Part shown: positions 53,547-61,519 of the stretch, piece by piece
How the letters are laid out: the number at the start of each line of letters is the position of its first letter
How positions within the stretch are numbered: the stretch's first letter is position 1
Source: Candidatus Microgenomatus auricola
Lineage (GTDB): Bacteria; Patescibacteriota; Patescibacteriia; SBBC01
Reading direction: 5' to 3'
Length of the DNA stretch: 62,972 bases
Assembly (NCBI GenBank): GCA_005239865.1
Contig: SBBC01000020.1
Span: 1-62,972, forward strand
Notes under the pieces: model-generated
The model's input: only the letters and a program-made list of their open reading frames with translations
What the model was told of the DNA's origin: nothing
The model's database searches: none
Program-made: the position numbers and the translations under genes

Positions 53547-55784
53547 TCACGATTTCTCGAATTTGAGTATGCTGTTCCGCGTGAGAAGGTAAATCGTTGA
53601 CGTCCGTTCATTGACCGTCAGGGCCAGGGCGTCGCGAAATTCGTCGGCGACGTACTGCGCTTGAAGGCTCCGGGACGATTTTCGGAAGACGAGGAGGCGG
53701 CGCTCGCTCGGTTCAAGCACGTAAAGCGACGCCGAGAGTTCATTCGTCCAGATATCGGTCGGCGACCTCAATACCGGATCGACGCTCTCGAAGGCGACAT
53801 CGTCGCGTAGCCCGGCGGACAGTTTCAGGATTGTACCCGAACTGGTAGCCACGTAGATGCTGCCGTCGACGGCGATACCGGTCCCGTCACGAACGCTCAC
53901 GTCCGAACTCTTCAACCACTGGACGGTCGGACCGAATGATGTTCCGGCTCGATTCGCGCGCAGGATCGAGTTATTCTTCGGGTCGAGGAGGTAGAGGCGG
54001 GATTGAAAAACCGCGGCGGCGGTGAGGTCTCGATCAACGTTGGTCAACGGGACGTCGAGAGTCCGTACCGCATTTCCGCGCAGAGAATATTCGAAGAGTT
54101 CGTCATTTGACGTGCCGAGCATGACAGTCTGCGTATCGAGTGGAACAGCAAAATGCACTCCAGCGGTTGTCTCCGTGACCGTTGTTATCTCTCCATCGAT
54201 CGGGTCGACTCGCAGCAGGGTTCCCGCCGCGCCAGTCGTTGCGACGAGGGTTGAGCCGACAAGGGCGATGCTCGTCGGGGTGGTACCCGCGAGCATGTGG
54301 GTGAGGTCGGCGACGGTGCTGATATTAGGCGTGACGATGCGACGCGTCAGGGTGCGGACCTCCTCGAGCTTCGCGGCCAGGGCGGTCCGCGTGTTTTTTT
54401 CCGACCGCTTCCGTTTTGGGAGTTTTTCCAGAAGCGCAGTGGAATCGTTGAGGAGCTGCCGCGCGCTGGAGTAATCCTCATAGGTCAGGGCAGCGCGTGC
54501 CTGGCTGATGTTGTCTTCAATGGTCAGGATCGCGTCTTTCGCTTCCTGTCCGCGAAGTTGCTGTTGTCGATTTTTGCTCAGGGAGACAACGCTTTGACTC
54601 AAGAGGAAGAGCGCGACCACCGCTGCCAGAAGAATGCCTTTTTGCATCGGCGGGAGAAGGCGGAACCAGCGGATGAAACGGCGCGTCCTTCCCAGCGCCT
54701 GCTGCGGCATCCCCTGGACGGAATCCGTGATCCTCCGGCGGCGCTGACCCATTCGCCCGAGTCCGCGAACGGCCGCCAGGATTGCCAGGAGGACGCGGAT
54801 GCCGATTCGTTGGAGCGTCGGCGCAGCCCTCCGCGGAGCGGCCACAGTTCCGAAGCGGGTCGAATCGTACAGGGTGGGCGGCGGCCGCCGCCGTGGCGGG
54901 AGACGCAAAATTCTCGTCCGAATGAAACTTGAGAGGCTGGCTGAAGAGGTTTTCGTCAGCGCCTTGATTGTCGGCATGATCGAGGGCGAGAGGAGTTGCT
55001 CGGTCGTCCGTTCCTTGGCGATGAGTTCGTCCATTGAACGTTGTGGGGCGCTGGCGGTGCTACTCGTCATCGGCAGCGGGGTCGGCTGTGGTTCGAGACG
55101 CTGATCGGCCGAGAGAAAGGCGAAGAGCAGCGCCCCGAACGCCACGGCCGGGGGGTGGATTAGGAGGGAGTGCTCGAGCTTTGCGACGGCTGCCGCCGGG
55201 AGGTCTTCAATGACCAGGCGTTTCAACTTTTCCTGTGAGAAATAGTCGAGGAGCGAGGAGGTACAGAAGAGCAGCCGATCGTTCGCTTCAAGGTGACCAG
55301 TTAAGATGCTGGAGAAAATCTTCAGCGGATTGCGCTTTGGTTCCGGGGAGACGCTTTTCCCAGTGACATCGGTAATCCGGTTGCCACGGAAGAGGAAGGC
55401 GTGGATCCGACCGACGTGACCAAAGCTGACGGTGTCATTTTTTACGACTACCACCATTGCGTTGAAACCGTCGAGCCACGCCGTTGCACCGTCAGTGATG
55501 AAGCGGTGAAGGCGGTTGTTGGCGCGCTGAAGCGCCGATTCGAAGGCGGCCTCGACCGAGAACTCCGTCGAGTGGTAGTAGGCGGTTTTCAGTTCTTCCT
55601 GAAGGGCGCCGATGATCTCATGGTTGAGACGATCGGGTGAATCGATTTCCACCACCAGAAAGAGCTTCCCGAGCGCAGCTTCTTCAAGCGGCGTCGGGTG
55701 GGCCACTCCAACGTGAACCGTACTCCGCGTCTGCTGGGGGTCCGCGAGCAGGAGTGATTCGACTTCAAGTTTCAGTGTGGGCAT
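53547..55784 (-). CDS. membrane protein with N-terminal PP2C/SpoIIE-like domain and C-terminal beta-propeller-like domain
   Basis: 745 aa. The N-terminal roughly 220 aa resemble PP2C-fold phosphatases (FNAMVVVVKNDTVSFGHVGRIHAFLF...NDRLLFCTSSLLD). There is a central TM helix and a repeat-rich C-terminus. Confidence 0.5.
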   Translation of the reverse strand: MPTLKLEVESLLLADPQQTRSTVHVGVAHPTPLEEAALGKLFLVVEIDSPDRLNHEIIGALQEELKTAYYHSTEFSVEAAFESALQRANNRLHRFITDGATAWLDGFNAMVVVVKNDTVSFGHVGRIHAFLFRGNRITDVTGKSVSPEPKRNPLKIFSSILTGHLEANDRLLFCTSSLLDYFSQEKLKRLVIEDLPAAAVAKLEHSLLIHPPAVAFGALLFAFLSADQRLEPQPTPLPMTSSTASAPQRSMDELIAKERTTEQLLSPSIMPTIKALTKTSSASLSSFIRTRILRLPPRRRPPPTLYDSTRFGTVAAPRRAAPTLQRIGIRVLLAILAAVRGLGRMGQRRRRITDSVQGMPQQALGRTRRFIRWFRLLPPMQKGILLAAVVALFLLSQSVVSLSKNRQQQLRGQEAKDAILTIEDNISQARAALTYEDYSSARQLLNDSTALLEKLPKRKRSEKNTRTALAAKLEEVRTLTRRIVTPNISTVADLTHMLAGTTPTSIALVGSTLVATTGAAGTLLRVDPIDGEITTVTETTAGVHFAVPLDTQTVMLGTSNDELFEYSLRGNAVRTLDVPLTNVDRDLTAAAVFQSRLYLLDPKNNSILRANRAGTSFGPTVQWLKSSDVSVRDGTGIAVDGSIYVATSSGTILKLSAGLRDDVAFESVDPVLRSPTDIWTNELSASLYVLEPSERRLLVFRKSSRSLQAQYVADEFRDALALTVNERTSTIYLLTRNSILKFEKS

Positions 55785-55930
55785 ACAACCCTTCCATCAT
55801 TCGGCTCTTTCAGTATACCCCGTCGGACAACTGCGAACAATTCCCCAAAAGAAAATGTCGAATGACGCGTTGGACGAACGTTGTTTCGCAGGGTATACTT
55901 GAGTGTGGAAAAAGCACGCAATGAACTCCC

Positions 55931-56515
55931 ATGCTTGAACAACTTTTGAGTTCACGGACGAGGGTCAAGCTGCTGAAGCTTTTTTTTCTCAACCCGGAGC
56001 AGGCCTACTTCATTCGGCAAATGGTGCGGAAGACCGCTGAGCACCTCAATTCCATCCGGCGGGAACTGAAAAACCTCTTGGCACTCGAACTGGTGAAGGA
56101 AACGGAAGAGGGGAAGAAGAAATTTTACCGCGTCAACATCGAGCATCCACTCCACCCGGAAATGAAGGCGCTCCTGTTCAAGGCGCAGGTGTGGCAGCAA
56201 AAACGCACGCTCCGCGACCTCCAGCGGGTAGGGCGGATTAAATATCTGGCATTAACCGGTTTCTTCGTCGGGCTCGATTTCACGATGACCGATATGCTTA
56301 TCGTCGGCAGCGTCAACCGTCTCAAGCTCAAGCGGATTCTCCAACGTTTTCAATCGGATTTTGACCGGCAGTTGAACTACACCGTCATGACACCATCCGA
56401 GTTTAAGTATCGGAACGACCTGACTGACCGCTTTCTCTACACGATTTTGGAAAATCCAAAAATTGTGATTGTCGACAAACTGCGTCCGCGGGACGTCGTC
56501 ACCGGCCTGGTCTAG
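55931..56515 (+). CDS. winged-helix DNA-binding protein
   Basis: The N-terminal SSRTRVKLLKLFFLNPEQAYFIRQMVRKTAEHLNSIRRELKNL segment is wHTH-like, in a 194-aa protein. Confidence 0.6.
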   Translation: MLEQLLSSRTRVKLLKLFFLNPEQAYFIRQMVRKTAEHLNSIRRELKNLLALELVKETEEGKKKFYRVNIEHPLHPEMKALLFKAQVWQQKRTLRDLQRVGRIKYLALTGFFVGLDFTMTDMLIVGSVNRLKLKRILQRFQSDFDRQLNYTVMTPSEFKYRNDLTDRFLYTILENPKIVIVDKLRPRDVVTGLV

Positions 56516-57129
56516 CGGAGGCCGAACAACGGCGCTGGTCGGAGCGACCGAGGAGGGTTCTCTCTTGCAAATAACGTGAGGAGTGACCGCCGACCCTTGA
56601 GATGAGGGCGTCGTGGTCGTTGCGGTAAGACCTCCCGGGGATCGGCACCCTGACTGAATTCGCGCAGCACGATGCCAGAGATACCGAAGAGCTGAACAGC
56701 CGCGGTTTGAGGAAGCTGGCTGAATTTGCCGATGGTCGTGACGCCGCGATGACGAAGGTACGTGGCCGTGCGACGGCCGATGCCGGGGAGCAGATCGATG
56801 ACCATCCCTTCGAGGAAGCGTTTCTCCGTGCCTGGTCGGACCATGGTTATTCCACCCGGAGCACTTTGCCGCGCGGCAATGATGCTGACGCTCTTGCTGG
56901 CACTCGCGCCGAGGCGAATCGCCGTGTTGAGCAGCGCCTGCAGCGTGGCGCGGAGGAACAGCAGCTTTCGCTTCAGACGTTTCTCATGAAATTCCGGACC
57001 GGCATCGAGGTACGCGACGGATGAAGTCGGCAGCTCAACCACACCCGAACGCTCGAGAAAGGGAAGGGCGCGCTGGAGATCGATTCCCGGCGGGGCTTGG
57101 ATCGCGATGATGGTTTTGTAGAACGGCAT
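56512..57129 (-). pseudogene. truncated, degenerate Y-family DNA polymerase-like ORF downstream of lexA
   Basis: The 205 aa align to about residues 68-260 of the intact DinB in this window (VELPTSSVAYLDAG vs IETYSIDEAFVNLTG; LPGIGRRTATYLRHRGVTTIGKF HhH). It lacks the N-terminal catalytic DxD block and the little finger. Confidence 0.55.
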
Positions 57130-57195
57130 CGGTATACACCGAAGAATTACCGAAGGTAGAAGCCAAGGTATAAAACGGCGCGGAAGCTTTTCATC

Positions 57196-57828
57196 TTATG
57201 CCGGATGATACGATCGCAGCACGCCAAGCACGCGGCCTTGAATCACGACATTCGGCACGTCAATCGGCTTATATGCTTTGTTGGCCGGTTGCAACCGGAT
57301 AAAGTTCTTCTTACGGAACAGTTTTTTGAGGGTGGCTGTGCCGTCGTCGAGCATAGCCACGACCATGTCGCCGTCGCGAGCGTAGTCAGTCTTCTCCACC
57401 ACGATGTAATCGCCATCAGCGATGAGCGACTCGATCATGGAATCGCCTCGGACTTTCAGTACGTAGGCGTTCTTTTTACGCACAATCTCCTGTGGAACGC
57501 TGATCGTTTCATCAGGACGCTCAATTGCTTCAATGGGTTTGCCGGCAGTGATGACGCCGACGAGGGGAAGTGTAATGCTCGGCTGCCATGCGCGGTCGGG
57601 CTCCTCGCGCTTCGGTTCTAAAAACTTGATGCCGCGTTCCTCACCGGCAATCCGGCGGATAAAACCGCGGTCTTCGAGAAAGCCGAGGTGTTCGTGTACC
57701 GTCGCAAGAGATGAGAGTTTGAATTCACGAGCAATTTCCGTGAGCGTAGGGGCGTAGTTATGCTCGGCAATGTAATCTTTCAAGTACTGAAGGATTTTTT
57801 GTTTTTGGCGGGGGAGGATGGGAGCCAT
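57196..57828 (-). CDS. lexA: LexA repressor
   Basis: N-terminal wHTH (PTLTEIAREFKLSSLATVHEHL), a cleavage-site region, an S24 peptidase Ser in VRGDSM, and a downstream Lys. Confidence 0.95.
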   Translation of the reverse strand: MAPILPRQKQKILQYLKDYIAEHNYAPTLTEIAREFKLSSLATVHEHLGFLEDRGFIRRIAGEERGIKFLEPKREEPDRAWQPSITLPLVGVITAGKPIEAIERPDETISVPQEIVRKKNAYVLKVRGDSMIESLIADGDYIVVEKTDYARDGDMVVAMLDDGTATLKKLFRKKNFIRLQPANKAYKPIDVPNVVIQGRVLGVLRSYHPA

Positions 57829-57925
57829 ATAGGTAGCTTTTAGCTTATAGCTGTTAGCTTGTTAGGAGTTAGGGATTAGGGGGTTGAGGGAATTGAGTTC
57901 GTTAGCTTTTAGCTTGCGTAGGAGA

Positions 57926-58333
57926 TTATGTTGGCTTTTTATTTTGTTGGACTACAATTTCAGAAGAGAAATCGAGTTGGTGAGCGGGAATACCGCGTTT
58001 GACTCCGTAGGCAGTGACGGCGGCGTATTCATGGGGCTTTGATCGGTCAAGGCGAAAAATCTTGTTCCGGAAAATGATGAAATGTCTTTTATCATTCTTG
58101 AAATCCGCGTACCAACTCGATTGGTGTTGCTGGTCAAGGGAATGACTAAGCGCGGTGGCCACCTCTTTCGCCCGTTCATGCGGAATCTCGACGGTATGGA
58201 GCGTCCACTGCTTGAGCCATGGCGTCTTTTCACGTTCGGTTACGGGTTTGACCTTCGTTTCCAGGATATTGACCGATTTCAATACTTCTTTGTTTTCCAA
58301 GCTTTCTTTGATGATGACGCCGCGGTAGTTCAT
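57926..58333 (-). CDS. hypothetical protein
   Basis: 135-aa ORF with lower GC than its surroundings and no recognised family. Confidence 0.5.
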   Translation of the reverse strand: MNYRGVIIKESLENKEVLKSVNILETKVKPVTEREKTPWLKQWTLHTVEIPHERAKEVATALSHSLDQQHQSSWYADFKNDKRHFIIFRNKIFRLDRSKPHEYAAVTAYGVKRGIPAHQLDFSSEIVVQQNKKPT

Positions 58334-58474
58334 GAAGAGGCGAGGGGTTAGGGGTTAGTATTTGGTAGTTGGTATGTGGTATTGCGTATTTAGGGAGCAG
58401 GGGAGGGAAATCGTGGTTTCGGGACCTTACGTCGTCCGGCCGATCCGATTCAGGAGGGTGTACCCCCCTTCCGT

Positions 58475-58717
58475 CCCCCTTGTGAGAGGGGGCAGTATAC
58501 CCCTCTCCGCTTCGTGACTGCGTTGCGCTTGTCACTTTGCTCCCCTCCCCTTAGTCCCCGCGTACGCGGGGAGGGGAGGTGTATCTTGCCCCCGATCTAG
58601 TCGGGGGTTGACCCCAGGCCGTGATCGCGGTACTGTTATGATATACCGAAGAAAAACCGAAGTCAAGATACAGCTCCCCTATGCAAGGGGAGCGGAGGAA
58701 GTCCCGCGTAGCGGGAC
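58475..58717. repeat. cluster of GC-rich hairpin (REP-like) elements
   Basis: Hairpins at 58475-58492, 58544-58579, 58589-58607, 58674-58692 and 58701-58717. Two share the core CCCGCGTA(C)GCGGG followed by GGGGAGG. Confidence 0.7.
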
Positions 58718-58904
58718 GACGGGGAGGGGTTTTAGGCCCAAAATTAGAGAAAATTTTTATCCTCTCGCCCTTTTAATGATTCAACAGGAAAAGTCCGTCC
58801 TTCGGTTTTTCCACATAGAACTAGATGCGAAGCAGGGTACCGGAGCAAAGCGACTGGTACCCTGTGGATAACTTCGGGTTTTATTCGGTGACGCCGCGCC
58901 GTTG

Positions 58905-58983
58905 CTGTCACCCTGAGCGAAGCGAAGAGTCTCCAAAAGACTATGGTCTGTTTGGAGATTCCTCGCTGCGCTCGGAATGACGG
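58905..58983. repeat. palindromic REP/MITE-like element, copy A
   Basis: CTGTCACCCTGAGCGAAGCGAAGAGTCTCC, a loop, then GGAGATTCCTCGCTGCGCTCGGAATGAC. The arms pair over about 28 positions. Confidence 0.8.
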
Positions 58984-59006
58984 CGCGGCGGTAGTCAGAA
59001 AGTATT

Positions 59007-59255
59007 ATGGACATCCAGAAAGTCAACGAACCAATCCGGGTGTTTGTGGACTTTAAGATGCAACAAGTCCGGCCAGTGGCGTTTCTGCGGGCTGGCAGGC
59101 GGTATGACGTGCAGCGCGTGAACCTTGTGTACAAGCGCCGGCTTGGATCGCGGCACGTGTGGTGCTTTGCAGTGTCGGATGCTGGGAACAACTTTATTCT
59201 GATGTATGATCCGGAGAGCTTGCAGTGGATGTTGGAAGAAGTAAGCGCATTGTAG
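59007..59255 (+). CDS. hypothetical protein
   Basis: 82-aa ORF with a plausible composition, located between REP copy A and the glycosylase gene. Confidence 0.45.
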   Translation: MDIQKVNEPIRVFVDFKMQQVRPVAFLRAGRRYDVQRVNLVYKRRLGSRHVWCFAVSDAGNNFILMYDPESLQWMLEEVSAL

Positions 59256-59293
59256 CGTGCCGATTCATCGGCGCTACTTGATCTTGGCCTGTT

Positions 59294-60262
59294 ATGAAAT
59301 TATCTCATCACGCATCGTTCACCTTGTACCCAAAACCGCCATTTCATTTTGATGGAACATTCCATAAGCCGTCGCATTTTCCCAATGCGCTGAAGCTTGA
59401 AGATTGGGTTCCGGGAAAGTACTGGCAGACGCTGCGCATGGGAAAGCGGCTGTACGGATTGGTCTTTGAAAGCAAGGGAACATCGCGAAAACCGAGTATA
59501 CGGGCTTCTGTGTTTTCCCGAAAACCATTTGCTGGGAGTGAACTGGACGCGGTTCGGAACGAAATAGTATATCGTTTTGAATTGGATAAAGATTTACGTG
59601 GATTTAACGCCCTGGCAAGGAAGGACCATCGGTTCTTCCCGGTGTTCAAAGAGTGGATGGGCATGCGGAATGCCGGGCAGTACAACCTCTACGAATTGTT
59701 AGTGATTGGTCTTGTACTCCAGAATGCAACGGTGCGGCGGAGTGCGCAGATGCTGGATGCATTGCTGAAAAAGTTTGGCACCAAGGTTGTGTTCGGGAGC
59801 AAGACGTTGCACGCGATCTGGTTACCGAAGCGGTTGAGTCGCGTATCAGAAGACGACCTCCGTCGCCTGAAGATCGGTTACCGCGCGAAGTTCCTGAAAC
59901 GATTGTCGAGCGATTTTGCCCGGGGCATGGTTGATGAAATGGCATTGCGGCATGCCTCAGCAGAAGAAGCGAAGCAAGCGCTCATGCGGTTGTACGGCGT
60001 CGGACCGGAAACCGTCCGCATTCTGCTGTTTGAGGCGTTTCATCACGACGGGACGTTCGACCACATTGCGCCGTGGCAGCAGAAGATTTACTCGCGGTTG
60101 TTTTACGGCCGGCCGCTCGTCGCCGCAGCCAGGATTCAACGCGACATTCAGCGCCGTTACGGGAAATACGCAATGTTGGCCGTTCATTACATCTGGGAAG
60201 ACGTGTTCTGGCGCAGGAAGCACGAGCGCATTCCGTGGCTGGAGAAGGAGATACGGATGTGA
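59294..60262 (+). CDS. HhH-GPD superfamily DNA glycosylase (AlkA/Ogg-like)
   Basis: Helix-hairpin-helix LMRLYGVGPETVRILLFEAF followed by an Asp-containing loop (HHDGTFDHI). The 322-aa protein has an AlkA-like N-terminal domain. Confidence 0.7.
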   Translation: MKLSHHASFTLYPKPPFHFDGTFHKPSHFPNALKLEDWVPGKYWQTLRMGKRLYGLVFESKGTSRKPSIRASVFSRKPFAGSELDAVRNEIVYRFELDKDLRGFNALARKDHRFFPVFKEWMGMRNAGQYNLYELLVIGLVLQNATVRRSAQMLDALLKKFGTKVVFGSKTLHAIWLPKRLSRVSEDDLRRLKIGYRAKFLKRLSSDFARGMVDEMALRHASAEEAKQALMRLYGVGPETVRILLFEAFHHDGTFDHIAPWQQKIYSRLFYGRPLVAAARIQRDIQRRYGKYAMLAVHYIWEDVFWRRKHERIPWLEKEIRM

Positions 60263-60502
60263 TACTCGGAGGGAAAACCCTAGCGGTTTTCCCTTCCGAT
60301 ACCTCCCTTTCCGTATACGGTGTCGCGCCTCCGCGCTCGCCTAGGGGCCCGTCCCCGCTAAGCGGGGCCACCCTGATTCTCGCTCGTTCGGCGCGACGGG
60401 TCATTAGCAAAAGGACAGGGAGACGAGGGTTCTATCGCACCGGGCGTTAATCGGTTTTGACAGATCTCGTTCCCTGTCCAAAGATCGTACTGATGGGCTG
60501 GG

Positions 60503-60778
60503 TCAACTGATCGGATCGTCCGAGCCCTTTCTTCGGAGTCTGGCTGAGCACCAACCCCAGAATCCAACTGAGCTGACGGCGAGCGTACTAATGACTAGCA
60601 TCGTGTCCCTTGGCCACTGCAGCAGTATCCCGCCGAGGGTAGCGGGTACGGAGATGAACATGGCGGCGGCGCTGAAGAAGAGCCGGTTGGGATTCGCACA
60701 GAGCCTGGTGAATCTCCAGCACTGAATGAAGATGAAGGTGACGCCGCTGATGGTCAAGGCACCGAAGAGCATCTCCAT
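60503..60778 (-). CDS. small membrane protein
   Basis: 91 aa, about 3 TM helices. Preceded by GAAAGTGAGGTGATGG, the same RBS-like string as its neighbour. Confidence 0.45.
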   Translation of the reverse strand: MEMLFGALTISGVTFIFIQCWRFTRLCANPNRLFFSAAAMFISVPATLGGILLQWPRDTMLVISTLAVSSVGFWGWCSARLRRKGSDDPIS

Positions 60779-60839
60779 TTACCATCACCTCACTTTCGGG
60801 GTGGCAAGACAACAGATATCGTTCCCTGTTCAAAGGGCG

Positions 60840-61127
60840 TCAGCGTCGTGGGGGTGAATGGGCGGGTCGAAACGCTCCGCCGAAGAACAGCAGGGCGGAA
60901 AGGACGAAGCCCGCGAAGGCTACCAGCTGGATGGGCGTCGTCCACGGAATGAAGTGGTCGTAGAGCATAGCGCCGACGAGAAAGCCTGGCGCGCCGAGTC
61001 CGAAACTTCGGTCAGCCCAGCGGCGCCAATCCAGGTACAGGTACAGATTAAGCAGGATCGTGCAGAGTACCAGAACGATGAACGTCCAGGAGATTACCAG
61101 TACCGCCAGTTCGACGTTCAAGCTCAT
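60840..61127 (-). CDS. small membrane protein
   Basis: 95 aa from ATG 61127 (GTG 61130 is also possible), about 3 TM helices. Preceded by GAAAGTGAGGTG. Confidence 0.45.
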   Translation of the reverse strand: MSLNVELAVLVISWTFIVLVLCTILLNLYLYLDWRRWADRSFGLGAPGFLVGAMLYDHFIPWTTPIQLVAFAGFVLSALLFFGGAFRPAHSPPRR

Positions 61128-61296
61128 CACCTCACTTTCTGTGTGAACTTCAGGAACAGCGTGTCAGTGCACGAATTTGGAAGGTGCGGCCCGCCTGCCT
61201 CGGCTTGGCCGCGGAGATGGCGGGCAGGCAATCCCTCCGTTGCGATGCGGTCAATCTATACCGTATCAGGTCAAAATGTCAAAGCCAAACTGCTCT

Positions 61297-61377
61297 CTGT
61301 CATTCCGAGCCGAAGGCGAGGAATCTCCAATTCAGCTGCAGTCTATCGGAGACCCTTCGCTTCGCTCAGGGTGACAG
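61297..61377. repeat. palindromic REP/MITE-like element, copy B (inverted relative to copy A)
   Basis: The reverse complement of 61297-61377 aligns with 58905-58983. Both arms are near-identical (for example CTGTCACCCTGAGCGAAGCGAAG(A/G)GTCTCC), while the loops differ. Confidence 0.8.
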
Positions 61378-61409
61378 AAACAGAGAGCGGTTTGGATCCT
61401 CAACATACT

Positions 61410-61508
61410 ATGCAACGGACCATCCTCCATCTCGATCTCAATTCCTACCTCGCCTCGGTTGAGCAGCCCCGCACCACGCGTCGTTTCGCTCCTTGGGTAC
61501 GGGGTTAA
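61410..61508 (+). pseudogene. N-terminal remnant of a second DinB-like gene
   Basis: The 32 codons MQRTILHLDLNSYLASVEQ... parallel MQQRIILHLDVNSYFASVEQ of the intact dinB 110 bp downstream. They then diverge and stop. Many synonymous differences argue against a recent duplicate. Confidence 0.55.
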
Positions 61509-61519
61509 TCTAGAGTCAT

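Noticed and set aside
57835-57915. LexA operator (SOS box) upstream of lexA
   Set aside because: The direct repeat TAGCTTTTAGCTT and the near-palindrome AGCT-TAT-AGCT are present. However, neither matches a known SOS-box consensus (CTGT-N8-ACAG or GAAC-N4-GTTC), and I found no copy upstream of dinB. There is not enough support to call a site.
58345-58735. CRISPR array
   Set aside because: The hairpins differ in sequence and length, and there is no constant repeat/spacer periodicity. There are no cas genes in the window.
58781-59191. 136-aa ORF on the minus strand, and the 61177..61462 ORFs
   Set aside because: These are translations of the REP/MITE-like palindromes and adjacent non-coding DNA. 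Their composition is implausible and they have no start context.
60858-61508. 216-aa ORF on the plus strand
   Set aside because: Most of it lies antisense to the small membrane-protein gene and then reads through the palindromic repeat (peptide LRFAQGD-like). Only its last 32 codons are meaningful, as the DinB N-terminal remnant.
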